Source: Phoronis australis (Eukaryota > Animalia > Phoronida). From it: DNA of 64,000 nt. The DNA lies in assembly GCA_002633005.1 (NCBI GenBank), contig NMRA01000035.1, positions 1,083,059 to 1,147,058 on the forward strand. Direction: 5' to 3'. Made by a program: the position numbers and the translations under genes. Under the pieces are notes generated by a model. The model worked only from the letters and a program-made list of their open reading frames with translations. It was not told the origin of the DNA and made no database searches. This document shows, in pieces, positions 25,752 through 38,417 of the stretch (position 1 is the stretch's first letter; each line of letters begins with the position of its first letter).

Positions 25752-26182
25752 CTGAAAGAGAAATTATCAGTTACACTGACAATTGCACAAGGACTTTTAG
25801 TACAATTCTCCTGAAAACATTTTTGGTTAATCGCACAGCCGAGATCAAAACTGCTTTTTCGCAATTGTGCAGTATATGGATAAATTGCAATGCTCGGTGT
25901 GACTGTGCAAAACAAGCAGTGTCACGTTGAGCTTCAATGTCATCATAATCGAAGCAGTCGGTAAATGTCCACTTACTCTTAACCTACTACTATGATTTTA
26001 TAGTAAAAAAATCCGTGCTCTGCTCTAACACAAATTTCTTTACTAGGAATTATTTACAAAATGACTGCGCACAAGCAGGTACTTTTATTCAGCAACATAC
26101 AAAAGTAAAAAGTAAATCTGTTATGAGTCAATCGGCTTAGTTACTAACTGCAATGCGACTGGAGGGGTCCTTTAGGGGCAAC

Positions 26183-26415
26183 TGGATGGAACACCGGTCC
26201 ATCATGGGTGACTACCCTGGATGGAACACCGGTCCACCACGAATAACGAATCTGGATGGAACACCGGTCCATCATGGATGACTACCCTGCATGGAACACC
26301 GGTCCATCATGGATGACGTCCCCGTTGGAACACCGGTCCACCACGAGTGACTACTCTGGATGGAACACTGGTCCACCATGGGTGGCAACCCTACATGGAA
26401 CACTGGTCCGCCACG
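26183..26415 (+). repeat. Minisatellite, about 35-bp unit, 6-7 copies
   Basis: Repeating tggaacaccggtcca(t/c)ca(t/c)g... unit. Confidence 0.9.
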
Positions 26416-27291
26416 GAAATTTACGAAATCGCTACAATTGCCGTTCATCCGTAACTCTTCGGAAAATTCCGTATCGTCCTTGACCTTCGATTAACATGGG
26501 GGTTGCTCCGGACGGGCTTTTTAGGAAGATTTTTGAGATTTGACCGCGAATTTCTTGCGAACTGGGTGAAGCAGGACACCGTAAATAGTATTGGGAGAAA
26601 GAACAATTCCTCATGATTTGTTGAACTTCTGTTTTGTGTAAATTTATAGAGTTATGTGTTTACTATGGACAGCTGAAGTGAAGCACCCGTGGAATTTCTA
26701 GTCCGGAGTGTCATACCTTGTAGTATTATATAGTGTATTGGGGACGATCAGAAGCTGAAGACGCCTGTTCCTTATTTAAAGGAGCACGCGCAACAATCGC
26801 ATGTTCAATAAAGGGCATTGTACCGACACTTATACGCTATTAAAAATAAGACGCATAATTTCCATAAAAACGATATCTTAATTCAGTGAAAATTTTCTCT
26901 CATGTTCTCTTACTTGTAAACCACCGATCGCAAATTTGAATGCGGGTATCGTGTCGTCGGAATCCTTTGACTTGAGCATTATACTCAGTTACCAGTGGTA
27001 ACTTACTTTAGCAGACGACATTTTCACGGTCGAAGCTTAGTGTGATAAAATGTGTAGTAAGCTATAATAGTTCCTAAGCCTTAAATTATAGATTCACTTT
27101 ATTTCTATTTTGTTTAAATTTTCAATTGGTTTTGAGTAAAAGCATTATTTGACAAAAATAGCTCGGCCTTTCTTAAAAGATTACGACCTCCGACCCCGGG
27201 CCTCTGACATAGAAAGTAGTTACAAAGCCGAGGCAAGTCGAGAAAGGTAGATCGATTCATTGCAATGTTTCTCGTTCAGTATGTGGCATAA

Positions 27292-27455
27292 ATAGATTTT
27301 TACATGTTCTCAGTCGTTATTCCCCTTATCTAGAGCCCTCGTGGATTTTGTAGAATTATCACCCTCGGGGCTAACGCCCCTCGGGCGATAATTCACCAAA
27401 ATCCGCTCGGGTTCTAGAATACAGGGAATAATGACTTCGCCATGTAATAATCTAT
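27292..27455. mobile_element. Palindromic (hairpin) MITE
   Basis: The arm atagatt..tacatg..agtcgttattccc..tctagagccc..ggattttg.agaattatcaccc pairs with the right arm around a ggggctaacgcccc loop. Confidence 0.7.
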
Positions 27456-28739
27456 ATATCTAAGTTTTGAACTTGAAGTACCAAAACAGTGGTAGATTTT
27501 AATCACTAGCTTAAAAGTTCATTGTAAGTCCATCCCTAAACTTACCACATTACAGGTACACTAAACATTTCACGTGTCATTAAAAAAGTTTAATCTTTAT
27601 TAGAACTCAAATCATAAAATATATAGAAAAGTGCAAATATGGGGATAACCAAACTGAAGATTTGGAATTTTGGTGGCACTAACTATATAACAATTCTAAC
27701 TCTTTGTCAGAAATAAAAAAATGAAAAGTGGGCACAACAACTGTTTCCTGGTCAAAAATCTGATTAAACGAGATTGAAAGAATATCAAAAAATGAATCCA
27801 TGTGATATTGTTAACTCTGATCAGCGTTTGTATATCCACCGAGTACATCAATACGCGCGGTAGTTTATCGTACCCAATGATTGTAGCTTTTTTTTAAAAA
27901 TCGAAAACCGGGCTTGGTTGTTTTTTTTTCAGCTGAATACCGCCGTGGTGTTCGTTTATAACAAAAAGTAGTGGTTAATGCATTTTAAAAATTAGCCATT
28001 ATGTACAGTCAGAGATGTCTTATACAGTTTATGGTCGGACAATTACATTTAATTGGGTCTTGATCGGGCAATGCGGTCATCACAATTGTACCCGATTCCG
28101 GCGCCGCGCTCTCTTTGATCCCGGTACAAGTCGCTCAGAAGGACGAGCGGTGAAAATTCCCGCATATCTTTAGAAATGCGTGACTTCCTTGTAAGCGTAT
28201 TATTCATGGTATGTTAATTTTTGCGACATCTCTCGGGAGATGATGATAGGTTGGCAACAGCAAAATTTGTTCTGAAATTCGGTTTTTCGGTATCGAAGTT
28301 CTAAAAACTTATAATGCTGTGACGTGAACGCAACCTCGTGAAAGAACAACAGTTGATTGAAGAATCGGTGGAAAAATAAACTGGCCAATAAGTGACGCAA
28401 TATTTCATGGCGCCGAAAGCCGACGCAGAAGATCGCTCCACAACTTTAGCAGCAGAATAACGGTAGAACGCCATTTTTTCCAACACCGTTAAATAATCTA
28501 GTTTACTCAAGGAAGACTGTAGTTTTTAATGACACTAATTTTGTGTCAGATTTTATCTTACCACTTTTTTACCCACATCGGTGCAAAGCTGTATATTTAG
28601 TATAAAGCTTTGTACCAAGGCTACACTTTTGTATGAGGAGCCATCAAAAGACATGATTTTCACTATCTTCATGAAAAAATCAAAAGTTGCATAAAGAGAG
28701 AGGCAAGCTGCAGTGATGGACGCTGGAGTACAGCCTCCC

Positions 28740-28878
28740 GTTCAGTAACGCTAGGACCTCGCTAAAAAGCAAGACTTCGCGAGATTACGTGAGACATTGC
28801 CGTGCATTTTAAATCAGAGCACGTGTCTTTGACTAGGTTTTAGCTAGGTTCTGGCGAAGGTCCTAGCGTCTACTGAAC
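28740..28878. mobile_element. Small element with about 24-bp inverted ends
   Basis: gttcagtaacgctaggacctcgc ... gcgaaggtcctagcgtctactgaac. Confidence 0.6.
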
Positions 28879-30389
28879 ACACGCCAGGTCTGGTCGCTAG
28901 CTGACGTCTTTTCCTGCTTGACGTTAACACGCTCCGGGCTTGAAGGAGGTACCAGCAGTGGCTGCAAGAATAACAATAACCAACAACAGATTGTGTTCGA
29001 CAAAAGGTAGGGAGAGTGGGAAAGGTATAAATCGGTTGGTTTTAAGATTTTGTGGAACCCAGGGCAGGGAGCCGGTGAGAGAAGTATCAAATGGTCTAAT
29101 TGCGAACACTTACCAGTGAATGTACTGTTGCGTGAGGCTGGGCCAACATGAAGCTGGAGAGAAAGAACAAACAGCGCTACCATCAGACAAGGTAGGAACT
29201 AACTAGGAGTTGAATATGAAGCATGAAGGGCTGTAGAATGTTATTTGTCCAAATAATAGGATTTATGTCAGAGTGCCATAAATCTCATTATTGAGGACAA
29301 ATAAAACAACAACAATATATAATTTTAGTTGTATTGGGAATTTCAGGGTCACAGCTTTACAAATGAATATTTCACAGAAGGAACCAGATGGGTTCCTTAA
29401 TTACAAGAGATAACACACATATTTACGATACCCAATGTACGTGTAATTGAGTATCGGATGCTACGTCAGTGGCACAGGTTAGCATAGTCAAATTCAATAA
29501 TAAGTACCAAATGGGTACAAACTGCCAAATGGGCAAATATATAATAAAGTACCAAGTGGGTAATGACATCAAACAGCCAACTGGGCTATAACAACCTGCA
29601 AAGCAGGTTCCGGACAAGCTGAGTGAGCAGACCAGCCGGAGTGATAGAAAAGATACGTCGTGTTGTGGCTTTGTAGTCAGGCCACATGGGCAGGGTTGTT
29701 CATTGATGAAAAATCCTGTCCACCGCCACAAACCGCGTGGGGGCCGTGATCTTGATAGAGGAGTGGCAGGGAACGTAGGAAAAAGGTAGTCGCAACCAGT
29801 GAGAAATGGACCGATGCCTTTCTCGGATTTGCCTCCATATTCATTGAAGCTCACCCCCTCCAAAGTGCAGGCAAGACGTTTGACTTGGGGCACATCGCCC
29901 TAGGGACAGGTTGGGTACATCACGATGGGCAGTACAGTACCGCTCCCACAAACTGCTCGCAACCCAACCACACGCTGGGCGACCATAGAGCCGGAGTTGT
30001 GGTCGCTGTATATGACAGGCCCCCCCACTGACACCATACCGCACCCACCTACCAGACGCAACTATACCTTAACTACAAGGGGAATTGCACTATATGGCAG
30101 TGCAAACACAAATATACCTGGAGGACCTGAAGTAGCTCCCACCCGAGCATCGCATGTTACAGGGCCACCCGGCCGGCCGGCGCCTTCCCAGGGTGCAGCC
30201 TCCCAATGGCCAAGCCGTCCCCGAACCCAACTGACCCCCACTCATATCACAGCAAACCCGGTGAAAATCAGCCGGTTTAGGGCACACTGTCTTACCCGAA
30301 GTTTAGTGTCCCTCTATTGTTACGAATTCAATGCACCGGGTACGTATGAGCTATGGTAGCTCAGCAGAAGCTAATTAGTGACGTTCAAG

Positions 30390-30635
30390 TTGGTATGTGC
30401 TCAGGTCAGGAGGTTATTCACAACTGTTGGTATTGTGGTGGATCTCAGACAGACTATATATCTGAGGGTGGATCAATTAACTTGCGCACCAGAAAGGGTG
30501 GGCGCTGTGACAATGTCTGGGGAGTAACCGCACCAGGAAGCATTAGCTGTTCGGGAAACTCTGCAAAATTGCACTCAGAAATTGGACATGTTTCTCTAAA
30601 TAGAAAGATTGTACTAGCTCGTTTAGTCTAAAGAA
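30390..30635 (-). mobile_element. Highly decayed LINE ORF2 3' end fragment
   Basis: The minus strand encodes ...W....PDIVTAPTLS, resembling the terminal WNxLP..VV.A.TL..FK motif of CR1/L2-group RTs. Many stops. Confidence 0.35.
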
Positions 30636-30854
30636 CAACGGCGGCAGCATTGTGTCTTGTGCATGGGAGTCCCATAGATTGCTTGAGTGATACCATTTGG
30701 CAATTTTCTAATGTTTCGTCCTCAGAACCATAAAGTAAGACATCAACATTTAACCGGTAGGTAAAGATTAATATCGAAATTAAGAACAGTATGAACAGCT
30801 AAACCATTAACGGGGAGGNAGGTGCCACCCTCTAACCATAGCAAACTCAGTTTC

Positions 30855-30970
30855 CGTTGAGTGTATTGTCACGGAAAATTCTTGCATATGACTTACTGTC
30901 CTTTATAGCAGGCGACATACGTACTTGCCGGAAGTAAAGCGTGGTATGTGTGCCAGGTGTCGCTAGTGAA
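30855..30970 (+). repeat. Dispersed repeat (also about 23012-23080 and 46660-46780)
   Basis: Shared core tacttgccggaagtaaagcgtggtatgtgtgccaggtgtcgctagtgaa. Confidence 0.75.
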
Positions 30971-32732
30971 CAACGGCGGCAGCATTGTGTCTTGTGCATG
31001 GGAGTCCCATAGATTGCTTGAGTGATACCATTTGGCAATTTTCTAATGTTTCGTCCTCAGAACCATAAAGTAAGACATCAACATTTAACCGGTAGGTAAA
31101 GATTAATATCGAAATTAAGAACAGTATGAACAGCTAAACCATTAACGGGGAGGCAAACTTGGATGTAAATGTACCGCGTAAAATCAAAATTGTGTGACAT
31201 GAGAATGTCAATCACAATAGAAAGACGCCAGGTTGTTAGTTTGAAAATATTGTATTGAAAGTAAACCGCTTTTACAAACATAAAAGACCGCTTGAGCAAA
31301 GGGGAGCTTATAGTTAACGGAGTCAGAGCAGCGCTTTGCAAAACACTATGAAAACAGGATATACAGCAAGAAAAAATGTATTAACGTCAATGTAGAGTGC
31401 CCAGACAATGTCTGTCGATCATTTAAAACGAAGTTTGAGAGCTGGAGAACGTCTGATTTGTCCTAATCACATGCTTTATCGATACCGAGCTCTGTCGAGA
31501 CAAAAGAGAAAACGTTAAAACTGCTGTAAAAAGCTCCTTCCGTCAAAAAGCTAACTTTTGATTTTACCCTTTTAAATCTGTCCCTCGTTGAAGCAAAGAT
31601 GATTCTTTGACGTGAAAATAACTGTCAGTTCGTTATTGCTTGGGGTCAGGCTCGATAAATTGGCTTGCTATGGCGGGTCATTTTATGTCCCAAACATGAT
31701 TGGTCTTTACGAACTGTTCCCAGTTCTAGGCTCTAACGTGAGTAATTAACAAATTGAACCCTAGAGTGGCCAAAAGATGGTTCCTTTAAGATGTCCCAAA
31801 TCGGATTTTTAATCTTTTCAATTGGTCACATGACACATCTCCCTATTTCACTGCATTCTTTGAGGTACTAGATCACTCATGATATAAGCGCTCTAAGTAA
31901 ATTTGTCCCACTGTATTGCTCAGGCAGGTAAGCACATCTCAACAAATGAACAGCGGTTGCATTTAATTATTTCTCTTTCCTTCTGCTGTAGTTTACCATT
32001 TTTTACCGACGCATTTTGTAGCCTAAAATGAACGGTAAAGAATGTTGCCATGAACAGGTAACTGTTGTGGCCGACACCCACTTCTGTTCTCGAATCCGTA
32101 ACTAAAAGAACTTAGTCATGAAAATCCAAGGGATGTAGTAAGTGTCTGTTCCAATCGGTAAGAAGCATTCATAGTTGGGAAATCACGCGTGGCGCATAAT
32201 TTTAAACGGGAATAGTTGATTGACAAGCTACAGAACGGAACTGGAATCTTTGAAATTTCACCCAAACTTTCCTGAGGATACCGGTAAACGATTAAAGAAG
32301 TGAAGAAATTAGGTGTGGCAATATCGCATGCTAATACGTGTTTCCGTTTCAGTACCTCAAATTATATTTGTATCTCGTGGATTCCGTTTCCTGACTCGAG
32401 AAAATGTGAGGAAAAATGAAGTTACGAAGAGATGTCTGGTCAAGTTTCAATTAAAGTTTTCATAAGTTTGCACTTTGGAAATAAAAATGAACGAATTGGG
32501 TGTCAGACGATTTGATGGATCTAGCCGTGCCTTGTTGAATTACAAGATGGCCGCAGCGTCTACCGGTAATAGTATCCGCACAGAGGCTTCTCCTTTCCAG
32601 CAATAATTCAGAAGCATTTGCTTCGTTCTGTAATTCTATGACCCCATGCTTAGTGTACGAATATACAGCAATTAATCATGGAACTAAGATGAAACACGTT
32701 CGGCTTTGATGTCACTTCTAAAAACTTTAATA

Positions 32733-34489
32733 GTTTTTAATATCATTTATTGTACATCTTATGGTTTGCCTACTCATACTCCTAAATACATAAATTCAAA
32801 CGTATATTCAGAGTATTTACACGGAGCGCAGTTCTTCTCTTAAAGCCATAGCCTTCTGAATATACGATGCAAGGCGCTGGATACTGTCATGATTTTTCTT
32901 TTGGAATAACCTAACAAGAGAATAGTTTACATTAACAAACTCTGGTAGAAGATTTCTTCTAAGGTCTCCAAGAACAGGGCATCGACACATGAAACGAGGC
33001 TCATCTTCAATTTCACCCAGACAGCATATGCCGCATATTCTCCCACTTCTATGAATACCCATATGTCTCCCTTTCTCTATATTAAGTGAGTGACCTGGAC
33101 ATCGAAATTGCGCAAGTATTCTTCTCGAATAAGCGCTTAAACAATTCACATATTGCTCGCTAACAAGATCACGTTTAATAAGACTGTAAAATTCATATTT
33201 ATTTGAGCTACCTCTTTCCATTTGCCATTCCTGTACGCCACAATCCAGTAATCTCTGTTTGAATAAATTCAGCACTATTGCATGGGCCAAATAACCACAC
33301 TTCTCCATAACCGTACCTGTACAAAAATTCTTTAAAACGGTGAGCCCAGTTACATTTACCATTTTCACCTTGTTCCCTAAGCATACTATAACACTTCAGT
33401 GGGTACCTATGTTCTTCCATATCAAGTAACTTTGCCCAATAGATAATTGGTTTACACATATATTTTGTAATTAACAATTGTCTCCCACATTCACCGCGAG
33501 CCATAGCATTTGGCGTTTTAATACTCAATCGCAGAACATATTTACAGAAATCATTATGAACTTTTTCAATAGATTCACATATTGATGTTCCCCATATTTC
33601 TGCACCATATGTTAATATGGGCATTATCATAGAGTCAAAGAGTTAAGCACTCCATGGGAAATACAGTTAAATTTTGACAGAGTGGCTTTAATAACGCTCA
33701 TTGTTTTTCGAGCTTGGCTTGCAAGTACTCTACAACACTCAGTCCATTTAAGTCTGCAGGAGAATGTGACTCCTATGTACTTGTAGTACTATTTGGTATC
33801 TACTTTCTTGTCGCCAAAAAACCACCTTTCATTAGTTGAAAGTATGCCCCCTCGCATAAATACCACAACATTCGTTTTCTCCAAATTAACTTGCAAGTTC
33901 CAATCTCGACAAAACTTTTCGAGGACACTGAGCTTCATCTGTAGCCCAGCAACAGTATTCGACCCCAGCACTAGATCATCAACAAAAAACAACCCGGAGA
34001 GACATGTATACATCTGCCTACAATTTCTCTAATATCAGACACTAGTGTGCTAATAAACACCGAGAACAGCCAAGGACTTAAAACACATCCTTGCCGGACA
34101 CAGACTGTACAGTTGAAATTGGGTGTGGTCTGAGTCTGTATCATAATACATGATAGAGTCGTACATACTGCGCATTTTTCCATTCAAATCTTTGGTTAAA
34201 AGGGCATAAAATAAACGGGAAATATCTACACTATCAAATGCTTTACTAAAATCGACGAATGTACAATATACTTTCCCCTTCCGTCTAGTGACATGTTTCT
34301 AGATGATACACTGTAGGTTAAAAATGTTATCGATTGTAGAGTACCCAGTCCGAAAGCATGCTTGTTCTTCCGGGATACATTTCATGTTATTCGACTATTC
34401 AACTATACGAGAATCATACTATCTATAACGGAGATCCCTCTGTAATTATTTGGATTAAATTTGTCTCCCTTTTTGTAACACGGCAAACT
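32733..34489 (-). mobile_element. 5'-truncated non-LTR retrotransposon (LINE; RT plus C-terminal CCHC), frameshifted
   Basis: Starts within RT at YKKGDKFNPNNYRGIS. Motifs FVDFSKAFDSV, VRQGCVLSPWLFS, FFVDD, PILTYGAEIWG and CGICCLGEIEDEPRFMCRCP. TSD aaaactttaata at 32721-32732 and 34490-34501. Empty site in copy 1 at about 8579-8590. Confidence 0.92.
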
Positions 34490-36185
34490 AAAACTTTAAT
34501 AACAGTGCATTAACTCGAGGCCTTGTAACCAGGCAACATACATGTGTCATTAACTGCTTTAGTATAACGGAACTATTTCTTCGACAAGATTCATGCCTGT
34601 CAAGATAATTGCAAACGACTGGTGGTATACTGTCTATTTTCGTCTGATGACACTCGATGGGAGCGACGTCGTAGTGAGTATTCAAACAATATAATTCTGT
34701 GTACAAACAAAGACGCAGTCATAACAGCAGGAAAAATAAGAAAAACTGAGGGATTTCTAAGAACAGACATAATTATAAGCAGTAATTTTTAACCAATGAA
34801 TTAATTTCTCACATAATGTGACCATAGGCAACAACGACGACCATAGCGTTAATAATGGTTGTCGTATACGCGCGTACTGAGGCCCATAAGCCTATGATTG
34901 TCATATAGATGCATCACAGAATGCAATACAAAAACAAATTGGCTTTTTATAACATACATCCCCAGCCTCTTGGGCGTATAAGTCACATGATACAAATTAA
35001 CATGTAAGCCGTTATATATAATACATTGCTCTTGCGGCAATCTAGAGCTCTAACCAAAAACTTCGCTAGAGCTTCCTATATGTGGAGCTGTTTCAGTACC
35101 AAGAATTAGGCGCATACGCCAATGTATGAAAAACATAAGTAAAATCGAGAATAAAATGTCAAAAAAATATTAAGACAGTGAAAAACTGAGAGATGCTGGA
35201 ATGAATTCAATTTTTTAGTTGAACATACTTTTCAAACAAAAATTAATTGTTTTAAAAACAGTTAATTTTTGTTATGAAAAGTATAAAAAGTGGATAAAAA
35301 CACACGAATGTTATCTAATTTAAGGCATGCACACATGAAAGGGAAACCGCCAGGGCCTATAAGTGAATCTGAAGCGCATGCGCCTACATGTGAAAACTCT
35401 TACAAAATCTCTTACGAAAACATCACGGACATAAGAGCATGGGCCTAAATACGCGCATGAAGCTGACGATATTTGAAATATTCAGAAGCAGTGGCAATGT
35501 AGAAGAAAGTATAAAAGAATACTCGCAAGAAAATTTAATTGAATTACCGTTGACATTGGATGAGTATACACGTCAATACCAGTTAGGCAGGTTTACTGGA
35601 TTTAAACATGCAAACACGTAACAATACTACGTCATTGAGACAGGTATAACTTCGCTAACCTTAGAAAGAAGTCAAACACAAACGTTACTGCTTTTCAATA
35701 ACAATGCTTAAAGACTTTAGTCGGAGTCTTAAGTATTTTTTAAATAAGAAATAAAAGCAGCACCACATGCTAAGTATTAGAAACGAATCTACGAATCTCT
35801 GTAGTAGTAAGTAGCCAAATAACCTAAACTAATTGATGCTTAACTGAAAATTGAGTTGAAATTTCTTCCTCATCAAGATTAATTGCGCGTACGGCGAATA
35901 TTATTGAGAAAAGCAAACGTTTTCCTTACGTTCGTCATCACTGGACAACAGAAGCAACAGTATTTGCTACTATTTCGCGGCGGATTGGGTTAATTTCCTT
36001 TGGTCCACCAATCATATACCAGTAATTGGGGTAGAATTTCAAATTAATTCTTGACAAATACAATTCTACACGAGGACTTTAATATCTAGCCGTCAGAAAA
36101 CAGATAGCACTTCCTTCTTCCAATCCAAGTGAAAAAGTTCGTGTAGTCCCGTGAACTGGTGTCAGGAACATGGACGTTTCAAGTC

Positions 36186-37391
36186 TTAAACGCTGGATAA
36201 CGGTCTTCCGCCAGACTTATAAACGTTTGGATGGTGCTGTTTAAAATATTCCCACAGCTCAACAACGATTTCGCTAATAATTATCTCGTTTGTATTTTTA
36301 CCAATTATTCTCAAAACCAAAACACCGTCTTGCTGTAGATATCGATCTGCAAAAGCCTTGTATATCCGACTGTCGGCGCTAGTGATTTTATCGGCCAATT
36401 TGAGGTGTTTTTTGACGTATCGATGCCTAGTTCGACGAAAAAGAGTCATCACCCACGGAACCAATCCGTAGACAGTAAGAATGGACACGACAACTAGCCA
36501 AAACCACAGGCATATGAAAATTTTCTCGTTAAATAAATTAATCGGTAAAGCACACTGTACAGTATAGAGGTGTGTGTTTTCGCGTCCGCCCATCCGTCGG
36601 ATGCCAAAGTCGCAAAGAGTGATTCGCGGAAATCTACGAGACTCCCCCCAGTCTTCACCGTTGATCAATTTCGCCATTACTTCAATACCGTACGCAGTGT
36701 AGTCGGTTCGCAAGAAAATATTCAAAAGAAATAGTTGGAGAATCAGATTAACAAGGTAAATAATCTTAATAAACAAGTAAACAGCGACGATTTGATTGCC
36801 ATAACGTTTGCTACAAAATAAGCAGAATTTACTGGCTAGAAACGTTCTGAATCGGGCGCAGCGTCCTCTTCTGTATTCAAACTGTCTTGTAAAATATCTA
36901 TCCATGTGTCTCACCACGTAACGCACAGTCTGAATCCGGAGATCTGGATTCATATGCTCAGTGCTTTTCATACTAGTCACAATGCCATTGATGTCGAGTC
37001 CTATCCGACTGGTGAAAATTCTCCACAGAACGTGGGGCATGTAGAAAATGGCAGCCATTGACATCAAAATAAACGGAACCCATTGATAATAGCTAAGTTC
37101 TCTCTTCCGTCTCTCTGGCAATTCAAATGGGATGTTCTCCTCCTGAGGCACGTGGTAAGTGTTTGAAATCCAACACACATTGTTCATGTACCTCTCGTGG
37201 TTGCTGCCACATTGATCGATACACCAACAGGAGATGGGATAGCCGACATATTGCTTGGTGCTGACGATGAGAGTGGATAGGAACAAAAGACCTAGTGTGT
37301 AGCGATGGCTGAGGCGATCAAAAAAGTCGTCGTCGTAGTGTAGTGACGAAAGTTTGGCAACTTCGCCAATGACGTCCAGAAAGTTTGTCAT
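36186..37391 (-). CDS. inx: Innexin, copy 2, intact, about 401 aa
   Basis: Same hallmarks as copy 1, with 8 amino-acid differences. ORF open to 37472. Same acceptor before the ATG. Confidence 0.95.
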   Translation of the reverse strand: MTNFLDVIGEVAKLSSLHYDDDFFDRLSHRYTLGLLFLSTLIVSTKQYVGYPISCWCIDQCGSNHERYMNNVCWISNTYHVPQEENIPFELPERRKRELSYYQWVPFILMSMAAIFYMPHVLWRIFTSRIGLDINGIVTSMKSTEHMNPDLRIQTVRYVVRHMDRYFTRQFEYRRGRCARFRTFLASKFCLFCSKRYGNQIVAVYLFIKIIYLVNLILQLFLLNIFLRTDYTAYGIEVMAKLINGEDWGESRRFPRITLCDFGIRRMGGRENTHLYTVQCALPINLFNEKIFICLWFWLVVVSILTVYGLVPWVMTLFRRTRHRYVKKHLKLADKITSADSRIYKAFADRYLQQDGVLVLRIIGKNTNEIIISEIVVELWEYFKQHHPNVYKSGGRPLSSV

Positions 37392-37537
37392 TCTGAAATG
37401 AGAACGCGTCATTGTTGAACAAAAATCTATGTTATTTCCCACTGTCCAGTGGCTGCAATACTCATCGGACACTGACCAGACGTCTTGACCGGTCTCTCGG
37501 AAAACATGTTTTTCTTTAACGAGAAACTACCAACGCT

Positions 37538-38417
37538 NNNNNNNNNNNNNNNNNNNNNNNNNNNNNNNNNNNNNNNNNNNNNNNNNNNNNNNNNNNNNNN
37601 NNNNNNNNNNNNNNNNNNNNNNNNNNNNNNNNNNNNNNNNNNNNNNNNNNNNNNNNNNNNNNNNNNNNNNNNNNNNNNNNNNNNNNNNNNNNNNNNNNNN
37701 NNNNNNNNNNNNNNNNNNNNNNNNNNNNNNNNNNNNNNNNNNNNNNNNNNNNNNNNNNNNNNNNNNNNNNNNNNNNNNNNNNNNNNNNNNNNNNNNNNNN
37801 NNNNNNNNNNNNNNNNNNNNNNNNNNNNNNNNNNNNNNNNNNNNNNNNNNNNNNNNNNNNNNNNNNNNNNNNNNNNNNNNNNNNNNNNNNNNNNNNNNNN
37901 NNNNNNNNNNNNNNNNNNNNNNNNNNNNNNNNNNNNNNNNNNNNNNNNNNNNNNNNNNNNNNNNNNNNNNNNNNNNNNNNNNNNNNNNNNNNNNNNNNNN
38001 NNNNNNNNNNNNNNNNNNNNNNNNNNNNNNNNNNNNNNNNNNNNNNNNNNNNNNNNNNNNNNNNNNNNNNNNNNNNNNNNNNNNNNNNNNNNNNNNNNNN
38101 NNNNNNNNNNNNNNNNNNNNNNNNNNNNNNNNNNNNNNNNNNNNNNNNNNNNNNNNNNNNNNNNNNNNNNNNNNNNNNNNNNNNNNNNNNNNNNNNNNNN
38201 NNNNNNNNNNNNNNNNNNNNNNNNNNNNNNNNNNNNNNNNNNNNNNNNNNNNNNNNNNNNNNNNNNNNNNNNNNNNNNNNNNNNNNNNNNNNNNNNNNNN
38301 NNNNNNNNNNNNNNNNNNNNNNNNNNNNNNNNNNNNNNNNNNNNNNNNNNNNNNNNNNNNNNNNNNNNNNNNNNNNNNNNNNNNNNNNNNNNNNNNNNNN
38401 NNNNNNNNNNNNNNNNN
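37538..38417. other. Assembly gap (N run)
   Basis: Direct observation. Confidence 0.99.
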
